A program made the translations under genes and the position numbers. 64,000 nucleotides of DNA from Diadema antillarum (Eukaryota): positions 2,418,001 through 2,482,000 of the forward strand of contig NW_027270983.1 of NCBI RefSeq assembly GCF_040938485.1, in the 5' to 3' direction. Positions 34,246 to 48,154 of this stretch are shown piece after piece (the first letter of the stretch is position 1; each line of letters opens with the position of its first letter). Below the pieces are notes generated by a model. That model searched no databases. It was not told the origin of the DNA and saw only the letters and a program-made list of their open reading frames with translations.

Positions 34246-34724
34246 ACGTGCCATCTCTGTCAGAGTTAAAGCGTCATGCGTCCCACAAATCTAAAACATT
34301 GAGTTCTTGGCGTCCGAATCATATGTCTTAGGCTAAAGACCTTTCCTTTTCCACTCTCGTTTTCTACTTCTTTTATTTTTAACTAATCATGGTCAACACA
34401 GACATGCGCATAATCTTCACATTCCAATTAATATCGAGTATTTGCAGTCTTTTGACGATGGTATATACGACGCCAACATTAGGCAGTTCAGTTAAGTTTA
34501 TACGGCATTCCATTTTTAATACAAGAATAACATATAATAGAAAAAATTTTGCAATATGTAATAGATTCTATGAATAGTTCCAATGTATTGATACACATTA
34601 CAACTTTTAACATTATAAGCATTTGGTGTAGCATTGTTATTATAACATGAAACATAACCAATTGCATAACAGAAACAAACAATATAGGTTCATCGGAGTC
34701 TTACTATCTTATATAGGCCACCAA

Positions 34725-35030
34725 GTTTGTTTAATTTTTCCCTCTTAGAAGATGGCTGGATAGCCCCTGGTCAGCTGCACTGGCTGGTCTCCTGTGGGGA
34801 CGCGGTAGAGTGTGAGGCAGGGCAACTTACCCGTGTTATGCCCCTGCTCTTTGCGACAAATGAATGGAGCAGGATGCATGAGTTGTGACTTTCTCACACA
34901 CACGGCACCTCCATTCTATATTATATTCTATCCGAGGGATAGAGCGTTTTGCCTCGTACTAGATGGGACGGTATGCTTACACGTAAATGCTCCTTCAAAT
35001 TCGGGAATCGAACCCGGATGTTTTAGATCT
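34725..35030 (-). mobile_element. Deu-like SINE (paralogous to 18405)
   Basis: Family core on the minus strand. Confidence 0.7.
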
Positions 35031-35959
35031 TTATAAACTCCTTTTTTTTCAAAGAATGTATAAATATGCTTTTATAGATATTGCCTCATTTTGAAATGAC
35101 TACAGACATGAACATGTTATTCTTTACTATCTGTGTATCATTTAGAATGCATGTTAAATTTACGTGTTTTTCTACGCTTTGTTGAAAGAAGTAAACAGTA
35201 AAAATTTGAATTTGAATTTGAACTTGATCAGGAGACAGAATAACCGAGTCAAATCATCACAGAATTGATTGAAGTAACAGAACTACTATGTTTGTTTATA
35301 GTTTTGAAGAATTTCTAAAAAGGATATCTCAAGAAATTAGGTTTACGTCATAGGGATTACAATATAGCGCAAACTACCCTTTTGTCTTATGCTTTTCATT
35401 CTCACATTGATGATCTTACAGGAATATCTCACACATCCAAGATTCCTTTGGATATTTTTCTTCCAAATAGACAGCACAAATAAATTATCTAAAGATAATG
35501 TAAAAGACTTTGATTATTGGATTTGATATTATGATATATCTAACCACCTATACCTACAGGCAGACAGGTATATTCTACTAATTTACAGTATCCAGCAGAA
35601 AATGTGAAAAACACATCTCAAACGAGATGGATTATGTATAGGCAAGAATCAGATAAAGTGTTTCATTCTTTTGACAATGATTTAGCACAGCAGGACTGGC
35701 ACGATGTATATCTTCAGAGGACAGCTGATAAGACTTAGGATGTATTTCTTGATAATTTTTGAAGTTATTATATTAACAATTTTCTAAATGGATAAATGAT
35801 ATGTCATAGATACCATTGGATCACCATGGGGAATTTTTGTTTAATTTAATGTTGCAAAGATATGGCATTTGTGATTTGACACTTTCATGAATTATTGAAT
35901 AATTATCTTGTATAAAGCAATATGTCTTATTGAAATCTTCCGAATCTCAGAAGTCTAAT

Positions 35960-36000
<41 letters not shown>

Positions 36001-36662
36001 TTTATAGAGATCAATTCTTGGATCCTCTCCTGTATCCTATATATATCACTGATATCTTAAAGTCCTCCAGCACTCTTAATTTATATTACTGGCCAATAAT
36101 ATTAACACTATTTATCCCCATGAGGACCTTAAAACGCTGATTGGTATTTTACATAAATGCAAACAGATAAAGTTTCTCAATGGTTTGCATGCAATACATT
36201 GTCCGAAATTTTATACCTTTTAAACATAGTTTTTTCACAAATTGATAATAATGTTTATTATAATGCATATATTGATAGAATGCCTTTGACTAAAGTGAAA
36301 TTCAGCAAATTTTCGGCGTGTAACGACGTGTAATGATCATATTCACAATATTCACACATCTTACTCAAAGCAATGAGAATTCTATATAAAAAACCCCTCA
36401 CATTTCAAAATTTCCGTATTATTTCATATGCTCTGACTGTACCATAACAAACTGTGATATTGCATGGGGAAACTGTGGCTCAAGTAGAATAGATTATATT
36501 TCTATTCTTCAAAAACGTATTGTGGGATTAGTCACTTTTGTCTAATCCCATCCGGTCCCACATTTTATCAATTGAAAATACTGAAAGTTAATGATAAACA
36601 TACTTTTCTGACTTCAGTCTCTATGCAAAAAAAATAAAAAAAAAATTAAAAAAAATAAATAA

Positions 36663-36712
<50 letters not shown>

Positions 36713-36829
36713 TCAACCGTCTTCCTAAAAATGTTTGGTGTTGTTTTGATGGGTTTTTTTTTTCACCGCATACCCTGCACTTCATTCATGCCCAGCTCGT
36801 CGATCATCAAATTGCCATCTAATTGTAAT

Positions 36830-37849
36830 TCAACATAGGTCAATTTATGTATATGTATGATAACAATTTACTCCCACCTATCTTTGGTTTTATGTTCCAA
36901 AAAAATCAATCATTCCATAATTACCCCACCCGACGTTCTAACGAGTTTCATTTACCACTTCTTCGAACGATTTTAGCAAAGAATACACTTATTTACACTG
37001 GACCAAATTATTGGAATTCCCTGAATCATGATTTAAAATCTGCTCCATCTATATCTACTCATTTAAAAGGAGATTAAAGTCTTTTCTTTTACAATCTTAT
37101 AATGACGACTCGCAGAATCAGATTAGTTTGTAGGCTATACTTTGTTACTCATCCGCAATATCGGCATTGCCGTTCTCTTTATTATTGTAACTATTGCTCA
37201 AGCCTGGATTATAAGATTTTCTTTAACCTATAACTTCGCAGTCGAAGGGTTTGTTCTATATTCTTTTTTCTTCTTCTCTTTCTTCCTCAAACCTCCGAGG
37301 ATCGTCATCTGTGTTGCATATTCCTGTCTATTCTGTTACCTCTTTATCACGCTATAGTCTTGTTTCCTCTTGTGTCGTCAAGTCAGTTTTTTTCTTGTTT
37401 TTCCTCCTACAAGTAGTCTTGTTGCTGTCCCAGTCCTGTTACATGTTCATTACTCTGTTTGTTGTTGTTTTATGTATAGCTGTTTGTTCGTCTGTCTCTT
37501 AGTGGGCTGCCAAACTTTTTTGTGACGAACTTTTTGTGCGGATTTTTTGCTGTTTTCAATTCAATTTTTACATCGGGCTTCTAATACAAGAGGGGCCAAC
37601 ACTCTACAAGCTCTGTCTTTTTAGTGGGTCCCTCCGGGTTTTTTTTTTCAAACAGTGCATATATTGAAAACTATTTCACTTTCGTTATCTTAGCAACTAT
37701 TGCAATGTATCGCATTTGTTAGTTTTTTTTCCTATTATTGTTGTTTTCTCTGTACAATTGTATGCATTGATTTTGTCACTTAAGAAAGTGAGATTTATGT
37801 TTATATATTATGGAAAAAAAGAATAAATATGAACTTGAACTTGAACTTG
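36830..37849 (+). mobile_element. 5'-truncated Crack/L2-group LINE
   Basis: HNYPTRRSNEFHLPLLRT...YTGPNYWNSL, 3'UTR hairpin, AATAAA + (GAACTT)n tail; empty site at ~50146-50160. Confidence 0.82.
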
Positions 37850-38744
37850 AATCTCGAAAACCCTAGAGTCATCATAGCCAAAAAATCATTAGAACATCAC
37901 GGGAAAGACGTCCCGAATTCTCTGTCTCTAAATCTAAAATAGAGTTCATCATGGAATATATTTAGAAAAAAGAAATAAAAGATATCCCTATATCTCAATA
38001 TTTTCCGATACTTGAAAATTCATGTCATGAGTTTTTGCTTTCATTTATCTCAAATAACGAATTGAAGGTGATGAATCAGGCAGAAAGATTCTCTATCACC
38101 ATATTTTTTTTTTGAAAGAGATATGAGCGTGGTTTGCGAGAAAAGATCTCGTACCGATTGATTGTTTTTCTGTTGATTAATCATGTCAATTGATGGCCGA
38201 CTTTGTATTGTTTGCATACGTTCGGGATGAACTTTTTATCATGTGAACTTCTGAAATCAAATAAATATTATCTAAAAACAAAAAGTGTGTGTGTTTATAT
38301 GTGTGAATAAAATTATGTATGTATGTATGTATGTATGTATGGTATTACATTGATATTTAATGTCCAGATATACATCAGACCAGTGAAAAAAATGCCACCA
38401 TGGGTCATCTTAAAGTATGTACTGTTTGATATGGCACTGTACCCGTATTTTATATCATGATAAGAATATGGAAGTCCGTGGCCAGAATTATTTTGGTATA
38501 TTTTCATTGCGATTGATTTCTATCGTACCATGTTTATACAGAGTGAGGGGTGTGTGATGCTAAGGCACATAGGCCTACATGAAGATTAGTAAATTTGCTT
38601 ATCAAAGGGGACGATGAAGCATACCAGCCTAGTACCTCGAAAGTTCTTCAGAATTATATCTATATTAAATAGCCCGCAAACGATAAAGCTGACAATGAAA
38701 TGGACATTGTAAGACGGCAAAACACTCCTTCCAAATATGGAATA

Positions 38745-38896
38745 TCATTGTCGTGGTGCAATGTGGAAGAAACTGGACCTTGACCAAGTATACTCCTTCA
38801 GAATGCGAGCAGTTCGTGTACAACCCATTTGTAGATATACTGTACAAACATTCGCAAAAGTGGAACACACGAAGTCATTCGCATCAACAGGTACAT
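38745..38896 (+). promoter_or_regulatory. Putative promoter and non-coding first exon (~38849-38890) of copy D
   Basis: TGGACCTTGACCA at 38774; CATTCGCA...CAACAG|GTACAT donor; acceptor at 42144. Confidence 0.55.
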
Positions 38897-40227
38897 GTAA
38901 GCTTCAGGACAGTTAATGAGAGAATAGCATACTTATATTATGCCTTTTAGGAGATAGATCTCGAGTCTAAAAAAAGAAAGGAGCCAACGTATAATCGGAT
39001 TAAACAACGCATACTTGTCGGACGGGCAGAAAGGTAGGAATAAATGCTATATCAGGTCAGACCGTTTGGCTTGCGCACGCTTGCGCTTACATGTAAACTT
39101 ACTCCTTTCTCTCTTATTTTGGTCCCATTCGCATCTTTTTATCCAATTACCCTTCTTCCCTTTTAATATGCTTACAACGGGTAAGTTCAAACCTATGTAT
39201 AGCTGAAAAGAATCGCATGCTATGTATTTAGCCATTTCTACACTTCATGATTATTTTCAATGGGAGTTGGTGTAAAGTTGAGAGGTACTTCAGTTGTTTG
39301 TATATCATATCTATCATGACAACATGGTAGACAAGGAACACTGTTCATAGAGACAGCAATGTGACGAACTTTTATGGCAGATATTGGGCAGCATTTTGTC
39401 ACCTTTTTTTTTTTACCTCGTCAAGGTGTCCCTCATTTACCGTGTTACATTGCTTACCACATACCAATCCATTTTTCAGGAATTTGTTTATCTTCGTTAA
39501 AACTATTATCATGACGATCATAATATCAAATTCAGCTTCTCTTCAGATTATGTGTATAATGTATGTATATAATGTGATCCATACCCTTTGGACTGTTGTA
39601 AAATCTGTATTTCATGCTCTTGATACGGATGATATGAAACTCGTATAGGTGCCGAAAGGAGCTTTAGCATGGTAACGTTTTGCTCGATTGCGCTTGTAGG
39701 TTTGGTACACGTTTGGTGTTTTTCATCGCTATTGCACGAACTTTCGGGATAACGCATTTTCTTGAGTTCCTATTGGCCAAGATAGTATACTCATCCAGTT
39801 TTAGCAGGAATATGGAATGGAAACTAGAATGATTTCACCTTTCAGAATGAATTGATTGATTGTGTATACACTACATTATCAGATTAACCTACATCAGCTG
39901 GTGATGTTATAGTTCGAGTGTACGTAGAATGTTCAGTGCACCTCAAATTCAATAATACATTTCCTACATTTTATTTTTTTTTCTGTAATGTCACATTTCA
40001 TAAATGCGGGGATTTTTAAGATATTGATATTCCGACAATTAAGATAAGTGTTGATTGAAAATGATATCAACATGTTTATCTTCACTGTAAAGATAACTTG
40101 GCAGTTTCATCCCCAACAAAGGGGGAGGCCGCCGAAAATTTGGAATTTACAATTAATGCATCTCTCTATCGTATATGTGTTATATTAATAATAATATATA
40201 AATATACGCATAATATATATTTATATA

Positions 40228-40774
40228 CCGGGTGTCCAATAAAGCGGAACGGTGGATTTTCAGTATTTTGCGTTCTAAAAGTGATACATTTTTGACGTCA
40301 TTAGAAAGAGCATCTTCCACAGAAGACAATGATACCAAATTCATTAATTTGTGTAAGCTCGTTGATCCATGCCAACAAAAGATACAGCTTTCACATTAGG
40401 CGCGCGCACACAGACACAGACAGACAGACTGACACACACACACACTGTTTTGTTTTGGGGTTTTTTCTGACCCGCGCCCAATGTGAAAGATGTATCTTTT
40501 GTTGGCATGGATCACCGAGCTTTAAAAACAATATTCACCGTATGGATCGCGTGTCGCATTCAAATTATTATCTCGTAAGTCGCAAAAATCCGGCGAAATT
40601 TGAAAATGATTGCATTTACAGAAATTCGCGGAGAATAAAAAGTACTAAACCAAATTTAATGATTTTGGTATCATTGTCTTTTGTGAAGATGTTCTTTCTA
40701 ATGATGTCAAAAAATGTATCACTTTTAGAACGCATGGTATTGAAAATCCACCGTTCCGCTTTTTTAGGGACACC

Positions 40775-40777
<3 letters not shown>
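40228..40777. mobile_element. Tc1/mariner-type MITE
   Basis: TA flanks; TIRs over 100 bp starting CCGGGTGTCC...AAAGCGGAACGGTGGATTTTCA. Confidence 0.85.
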
Positions 40778-40811
<34 letters not shown>

Positions 40812-42165
40812 TATATGAACATAAGAACGACCCAAGTCCATGGAAGACCATTTCGAGCAAACTAAAAAAAAACTTCATATCTTTTTTATTTGTCCAATAA
40901 TATTCTATTTAACTGTGATGGGAAGGCAACATTGTATATACAAATTAGAACATATATTATTATGACAATTAACATTTACATTAATTGTGGAGAGGCCATT
41001 TTGTGTGGTGGACTTGGGTCGTTCTTTGATTCATATACATGATATTCTGCTATAGAGATGAGAGAAGGATGGGAGAGGGCGCTATTATATGAATGTAAGA
41101 ATGACCCAAGTCCTTCATTCTTACATAAGTATAAGATTTAACTCATTCATTTCAGGCACTTCCGGGGGTAATTAGGATTTATCATTTATACACAAGATGA
41201 GTCCATGCATAAGCTACAAGTTCCCATGTCAAACTGAATTTGGCCAAAAATTGGACTTGGGTCGTTCTTATATTCAGGTCTTCGTATATATATATATACA
41301 TGTATGTAAAAGAGCTTGCTTCCAAAAGGCGCTACATTCATTGAAAAATGATGGTAGACCATTGGTAGACCAAAACGGTTGTCAAAAATGAAGACTTTTT
41401 TTTGGGGGGGGGGGACTGAAATCACTCACTTATCAGTCGTGTAAAAATTTGGTGTATGTTTTGAACGAAAATTAATGCCCTCGAAGGTGATATTATTTAG
41501 TGAAACTGCATTAGCAGATTTGAAAATATTTTGAAAGAGCTGTGATAAACGTTAGTTGAGACAACATCTTAACAATGCATTTGTTTTCTTTTGTTTTTGC
41601 TTTATTGTCATTACATTCAACTTATGCTTGTATGATTTTGTGATTTTACAACAAAAAATAGCCAAAACAGTGACGTTTCAAACTTCTTTTGCAAAAGTTA
41701 CTTTCCTTTTTCTTAGTATAACTATAACTATCAACTTGAACATGAGGCGGAGTTCATCTAAATATGAGCTCCATTTCAAAAAATAATTTGAGTTTTTCCT
41801 ACTGAGTTGACGTAATTTCACTGGTAAAAGCGGAGTGTTGATCTGTGTGGAACCTCTAACTTATAAAGAAAAGGAGCTTAGCACAGCAATATTAGGAATA
41901 AGGTAAGTTAGGATAAGATTTACTGTAGTTACAGTTCCACTTTGGATTACAGCTGCTTTAGATTAAAGACCCCAGGTGATTTTCAGGTTCGTGCCCTGTA
42001 AAGTACATATATCTACAATGAGAGATAAACACGAGATTGGTTACAATGATGTAATATGAATACGGATTATTGTAATATATACGTTCCCGACGTTCGCAAT
42101 CATTTTTAACATGCTCTATATCATTTTCAATTTGCGTGATACAGGACTGAAAGACATTGGCCAGT

Positions 42166-42877
42166 ATGGAAGGAAAAGAGCCTTCCTATGCCTCTGGTGT
42201 GCACATGTACAAGGGGATAGTGCTTCCTAATGTTGTGCTGGACTCCAGTATTGAAGCAATGCAGACTTTTGAAGTGCGCTCCGACGATATCTGGCTGTGC
42301 ACCTATCCAAAATCAGGTATACGATTTTTTTTAGATTAAATTGCGCTCCATCTAAACTCCTTACACGATTCTTGTGAAGAGTTTCATGGCCCGAATTCAC
42401 GAAGGTGGTACAAATGAAACCATGGTTTAAACCATGGACAAAAACCATGGAGCGCCAAGTGTCGCACGGAATATTTCGTTACGAAATTGGCCATTTCGTC
42501 GAGAAAATGATTATTTTGTAACGAAATGACAACATTTTGTAACTAAATTAATATTTCGTCCACGAAATGATAATTTCGTTAACGAAGAGGTCATTTTCTC
42601 GACGAAATGACCAATTTCGTAACGAAATATTCCGTGCGACACTTGGCGCTCCATGGTTTTTGTCCATGGTGTAAACCATGGTTTCATTTGTACCACCTTC
42701 GTGAATTCGGGCCCATGTGTCTAGATTGGTGCCAGCCAGCCAAGACTAGCTGAGAAATAGTAAATGAAGAGCTTGCTTCCAAAAGACGCTAAATCCATCA
42801 TTTTCCATGGATTTAGCGCCTATGGGAGATAGCTCTTGCATATATCTACGCGTACACACACACACACACACACACAC

Positions 42878-42917
<40 letters not shown>

Positions 42918-43106
42918 CAGAAAACCTTGTTTGACTATTCAGACGTAAAAGCCCCCTTTATTTATCTTACCAAATATAAAAGATAATAAGAGTTCCTTTA
43001 ATTCGCGATATTCAATTCATTTGATTCCCTGGTGTGTATGAAATATTTGAATTTGAACAATTAGTGTTTACTATCCTTTTCGATGAGTATCCGGTATTAC
43101 ACAACG

Positions 43107-43143
<37 letters not shown>

Positions 43144-46100
43144 TATTTTAATTCAGAATATTACATTAAACGCACATTTCTGTCATTCCTGTGAATTCCC
43201 CTTTTCAGCATCTGTTCCATATAGTTTATATCCATGAAAAATTAACATGATTCAAAGCGGTTCATATTGTCAATTTGACTTTCATTCATTTGTGCATCCT
43301 TTCAAAGGAACTCACTGGATGTTTGAGATTGTAGGTCTGATCCTCGCCAGAGGGGTGCCAGAAAAGATCAACCGGTCACTCGCCATCGGCGCCGTGGAGA
43401 CGATCGACATGACGCAAAAGATGCCGGCTACCCGCGAGGAAGAGCTCAAGAATCCTTTGGACCTTTCTCCCTTTGCGGATAAGATTGCGAAGGCGCCGTC
43501 CCCTCGTGTCATCATTACCCACCTTCCTCTCCGTTTCCTACCGCCAAAGCTGGAAGAAAGAGGGAGGGTACGTCAGAGCAAGTCCATCAGTCTGTCAATT
43601 AGAAAGCTGAGCCTCTTATCAAGCATTGCTCATCAAAAACACATACAAATTCAAAGAAAGGGTACTGGTGGATTGGCGTGATCCTATAAAGTGAAAAAGC
43701 ATGTTATTATCATTGTTGTTGTTTTTATTATAGATATTATCATTATCATTTTTGTTATCATCATTATCATTGTAGTGTATAAATTAGGGAATGAGTTTAT
43801 ACGATATAGCGTCATTTAATCAAGTTAAGAAGGGAATGAAAATGGTCAACCACTGAACTTCTTATACCAACAAATACCCTTGATTTTGGCATTTGATTAG
43901 ATTCTGTTCTGATCCAATCAAGCTTCCTGAGGTCCTTAAAGTTCAATTTAAAGTCAATTTCTTAAATTGTTATGTTTAATTGTCCTACCCTGATCAATGG
44001 AAATATCTTCGTGCACTCACAATGAACTCCCAATCGGGTGACGAAATCTATTTACAAAATTGTGACTAAACATTCGTACCTTAGGCTAATAATGTACACT
44101 GTATTAGAGCAATTCTATTTTATCATCGACATTTTCCGTTCTCGTATATTCCCTTATCTTTAGCCGTTAAAATATTCTACTAAACTCTTAAATTACCAAT
44201 CATTATTTTAGAGCCTACATTCTACAAACTTCTGCTTTTAATCAGGTTCTTGATATAGGTGTTCCCGGTCAATTTCATACTTTTGTCATTCAAATTAATT
44301 TAACGTGCATTCAAATTCACACAGCGCACGCACGCGAAAATATTCGGACATTCACGTTCAGAATCGGAGCGATGAATTTCATTTATGGGCATTATATATC
44401 ATTTTCGTGAAATCAAATTCACGATTGGGCGTTCAATTTCAAAATGCAACCATTGCAATGCATTGTTTCAATGTAGGCCTAGTCGAAATTGCTTTTTTTT
44501 TTCCCGAAGGTGTCAACCAACCTTCCGTATCATGCGCGTATGTACGCATATAATTATACATGGCTTAATGTTTGCTTTTGTTTGTTTGTTTCATTTTACA
44601 TCTAAGAAGATGGCTGCAATAGCTGGTCTTCTATGGGGTCCAGCTGGATATAAAGTGGTAGCACTTCACCGGGTTAAACACTCTGCTCTTTGCAATGAAT
44701 GAATGAAGTGGGATCGTGCATGAGTTGTGACTCTCTCACACATGGGACCTCCATTTTATGTCATATCCGAGGGACGTGTGCCTGTGTATTCCTTTTCGTG
44801 AAGCCCGAGTTAATATTTTTCAGTGAACAGGTGGACCTCTATACTGGTTTAATGACCTTCGTCATAGATCCCAATATATTCAAAGCTTAACGAAAAGACA
44901 CACATACACGGTCCCAAACTAACTAAAGCCAGGACTTCTTATAAATTGAATGCACTTATTTGGAACATGGTTGCCTATTCATGAATTTGAATAACCGACA
45001 AGATACCGTCGCCAGCTTGACATGAATTTGAATGCTCATTGCTGAAATACGTGCTCCTCTCTTAAATTTGAATGTTCCGATAGTGATTTTGAATGCTCCG
45101 ACGGTTAATTTTAATGCTCCGATGTGTATTTGAATGATCCGACAGTTAATTTCAATGCTCCGATGTAAATTTGAATGCTCCGAGAGGTGAATTCGAATGA
45201 TCGGATTTTGAATATGATTGCTGATTCAGTGCTGTGAGCGCGAAATGCGTGAAATTGAATGCTCGGAATTAGGAACTTGAATGACGAAGTATGAAATTGA
45301 CCAGGTAAACCTATATATATTACACGTCATCAAATATGTTTTATATACATTTGTTTATGTTCATCTTACATTGACTATTTTTGTTGTACTTTTCTTTTGA
45401 AAACAAATGTAATGTAAAATTGTATGAACTGTGACATATGGAACAATGAATAAAAAACAAGAAATGCTATGCTTAATAAAAAAACATTCATTTTATGATC
45501 ATGATCATCCCTGAAGTTTCAAATGTTGCAGAATAAATCTTCTGACGCTTTTTGTTTTCATTCGCAGGTTATTTACGTAGCTCGCAACCCCAAGGATGCC
45601 CTAAACTCGCTGTACAACATGGCAATGAGAGTTGAGACCAAGCCACCGGACTTTAGCTGGGAGCCCTTGCTGGGTTCATTTCTGGAAGATAGTAAGTGTA
45701 GGACTACTGTTACTGTCTGTCCCAAGTGACCTTGTAAGATGGCACCCAATGTTACTGGTGCTCTTTGACCATGTCCTTAATTATCGCCATCTCCTTCCGT
45801 ATCATCTGTACTCATTAACAATCATTTCTTTTCTTTAATTTTTTTCACAGTCGAGTTTACACCTGCGATCATCCGTATAATTACTTTACGATATGTTATA
45901 CGTTATACCTTCATGTTTTGTAGGAAAAAGAATGAAAAGAAAATGGATCTAATTGAATCGAATCGAATCGAATCTAAATATCCATGATGGCATAACACTG
46001 AAACTAAGTTTGTCACTGCGTGATGGTGATAAGAATCAGTCTTTGTGACTAATTATTTTAGAAACGTATGTTATCCCTCTGTTAAAAACTATTTTGTATG

Positions 46101-48154
46101 CGTTACTTTCATCTTCACTCGCCCTCCACCCGCTTACAAACCTTAATCTAATTCAAATCTTTCTTTGATCAATCTGTCTTACTATAAGACGGAAGCCGTT
46201 GCATATATAATTATATATGAAGACCTTGCTTCGAAAAGGCGCTAGATCTATTGAAAAATGATGCAGTTTAATTTTGCACACAAATTTTCGAGGGACTCGC
46301 TCTTTCTCAAGTGTTGATACTGAGAAAACAATATTCAAACAATTAAGCCACAACAATATTGCAACCGTAATTGCAACCGGAATTGTAGTAGTAAGCTTGA
46401 ACATGGTTGATATGTCATTTCTGTGGCTACAGCGTAATGAAATTTACACCAGCCTTCAACCACAGTCAGTTCCTTATACTGATAGATCATATAAAGAGCT
46501 TGCTACCAAAAGGCGCGAAATCCATCATTTTCAATGGATTTGGCGCCTTTCGGTTGAAAGCTCTTCTCTATATCGGCAAATCTGATATCACATTCATAAT
46601 GTTAATAAAAATAATTATCTTAAACGTGTATATCAAGACAAAATATAATCATAATAATGACAACAGGAATACATGTTGAACGTTTATATACCACTCCCTT
46701 TATCCGCGAGGTCATTACTTTAACTTATTTTCATTTCGTTAAGTTTCAGAAAGCACTAATTATTCCTGATGTCTCTTATCATTTAGTACTTGGCTTCAAT
46801 ATCTTCTTTCTTGTGATGCAGAGGGCATATACGGACCATGGCGTGATCACGTCAGGGAATTCTGGAAAATCAGGGGAAAGAAAAACGCTGCATTTTTCTT
46901 CTATGAGAGTATGAAAAAGGTAAGCAGTACCTCTATCATTATCATGTTTCGTTAATTCTTAAAGAATTAGGATCTCCCTAAAGTGGAATGGAAACTGAGG
47001 ACAACCTCCTTCCTATACGGATATTGGTAAGTTGATAACAGAAATTTTGACTGCAATGACATAGATATGTGCAGATACAGTAGATCACAGTGAGTGGAAG
47101 TATGCAGTGAGGTATAAGTATGATATTCTGGACTTTAAAGCAGGATGTCGTGGTTCAAATCTTCCCTCTTGTTCTCAATCAAAGACGAGATGTTTAGACG
47201 TCCTTCACTAGCCAGGTGTAGGTATAGGTTTCTGGCGTAAATGTTCAAGCGAAAAGGTGACGAGGTACCACTACAGCAAATGTTCGATTTCAGCTTGTAC
47301 CCTCCCCTAAAATATTTCTTACCGCTGTGGCGGTTTTCAATTTACCTGTCATTTCCGATTGCTTGATGGAGCATGCAATTGATTTCGAAGTAAAAGGATA
47401 ACGGCCTAGAAACGTTCAACTTTTCAATGCCTGTCGCGAAACTTCCTCATCTCTTATCGTAACTTTCCTCTGTTCATTGAACATATACATTCTATTCACA
47501 AACTTCACAGATGCTTTAAAATGAATTTCTGTAATGTATATTTGATTAAAAGACAAACAATGATAACGACATTAAGGTCACTCAGCAATGTGTTCATTTC
47601 ACAAATAGGATCCAGTGGGCAGTGTTCGAGACGTGGCCGCCCATATCGGCGTTGACCTGACCACCGAGGAACTTCAGAAGGTTGTGGAGCACAGCTCGTT
47701 CAAAGGAATGAGTAAGACCTACGCGACCGGTGGGGCTGGCGCAAAAGAAGGCAACAAGGACTTCTTTGAACAGATCAAAACTTTGCCGTTCTTGGGCAAA
47801 GGTAAGCCAGGACCCCCATTACTGCCAATTCTCATTTCCGATGCTCTTTCTTCTCCTGTATATCTCTATCGTACTTTTATTTATATTTTCACTTAGATTT
47901 ATCATCACCTTTCAAGTTTCGAAGTTTTCTAGTCTTGTTATGAATTATATGAGTTCAAAATTCCTCAAATCCTGCCATTTGTAAATCACTCATGCCCTTT
48001 GGAATTCACTGTTGACAAATAATTGTATTTCGTTATTCTTGCAGGCTATGCTGGTCAGTGGAAGGATCGCTTCACCGTGGCTCAGAACGAGATGTTTGAC
48101 AAATTTTACAATGAAAAGATGACAGCAGAAGACCCTACGTTTGAGTTTGAATGA
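42166..48154 (+). CDS. SULT: Cytosolic sulfotransferase copy D, 311 aa; exons 42166-42316, 43308-43567, 45568-45691, 46822-46919, 47609-47801, 48045-48154
   Basis: GT-AG introns; 936 nt open frame; SULT motifs as in B. Confidence 0.95.
42388..42713. mobile_element. PIF/Harbinger-like MITE
   Basis: ~120-bp near-perfect TIRs GGCCCGAATTCACGAAGGTGG; 3-bp TSD CAT confirmed by the empty site GAGTTTCAT|TTGTCTAG in copy B (8682-8698). Confidence 0.9.
44256..45313. mobile_element. Second copy of the 25249 element (SINE fragment at 44575-44776)
   Basis: TA TSD; TAGGTGTTCCCGGTCA / TGACCAGGTAAACCTA; same internal order. Confidence 0.8.

Noticed and set aside
41895-41910. AAG|GTAAGT as the donor of the non-coding first exon of D
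   Set aside because: The homologous site in E is AAG|ATACGT and B and C lack the region; the donor at 38890 is conserved in all four. It could still be a D-specific alternative exon.
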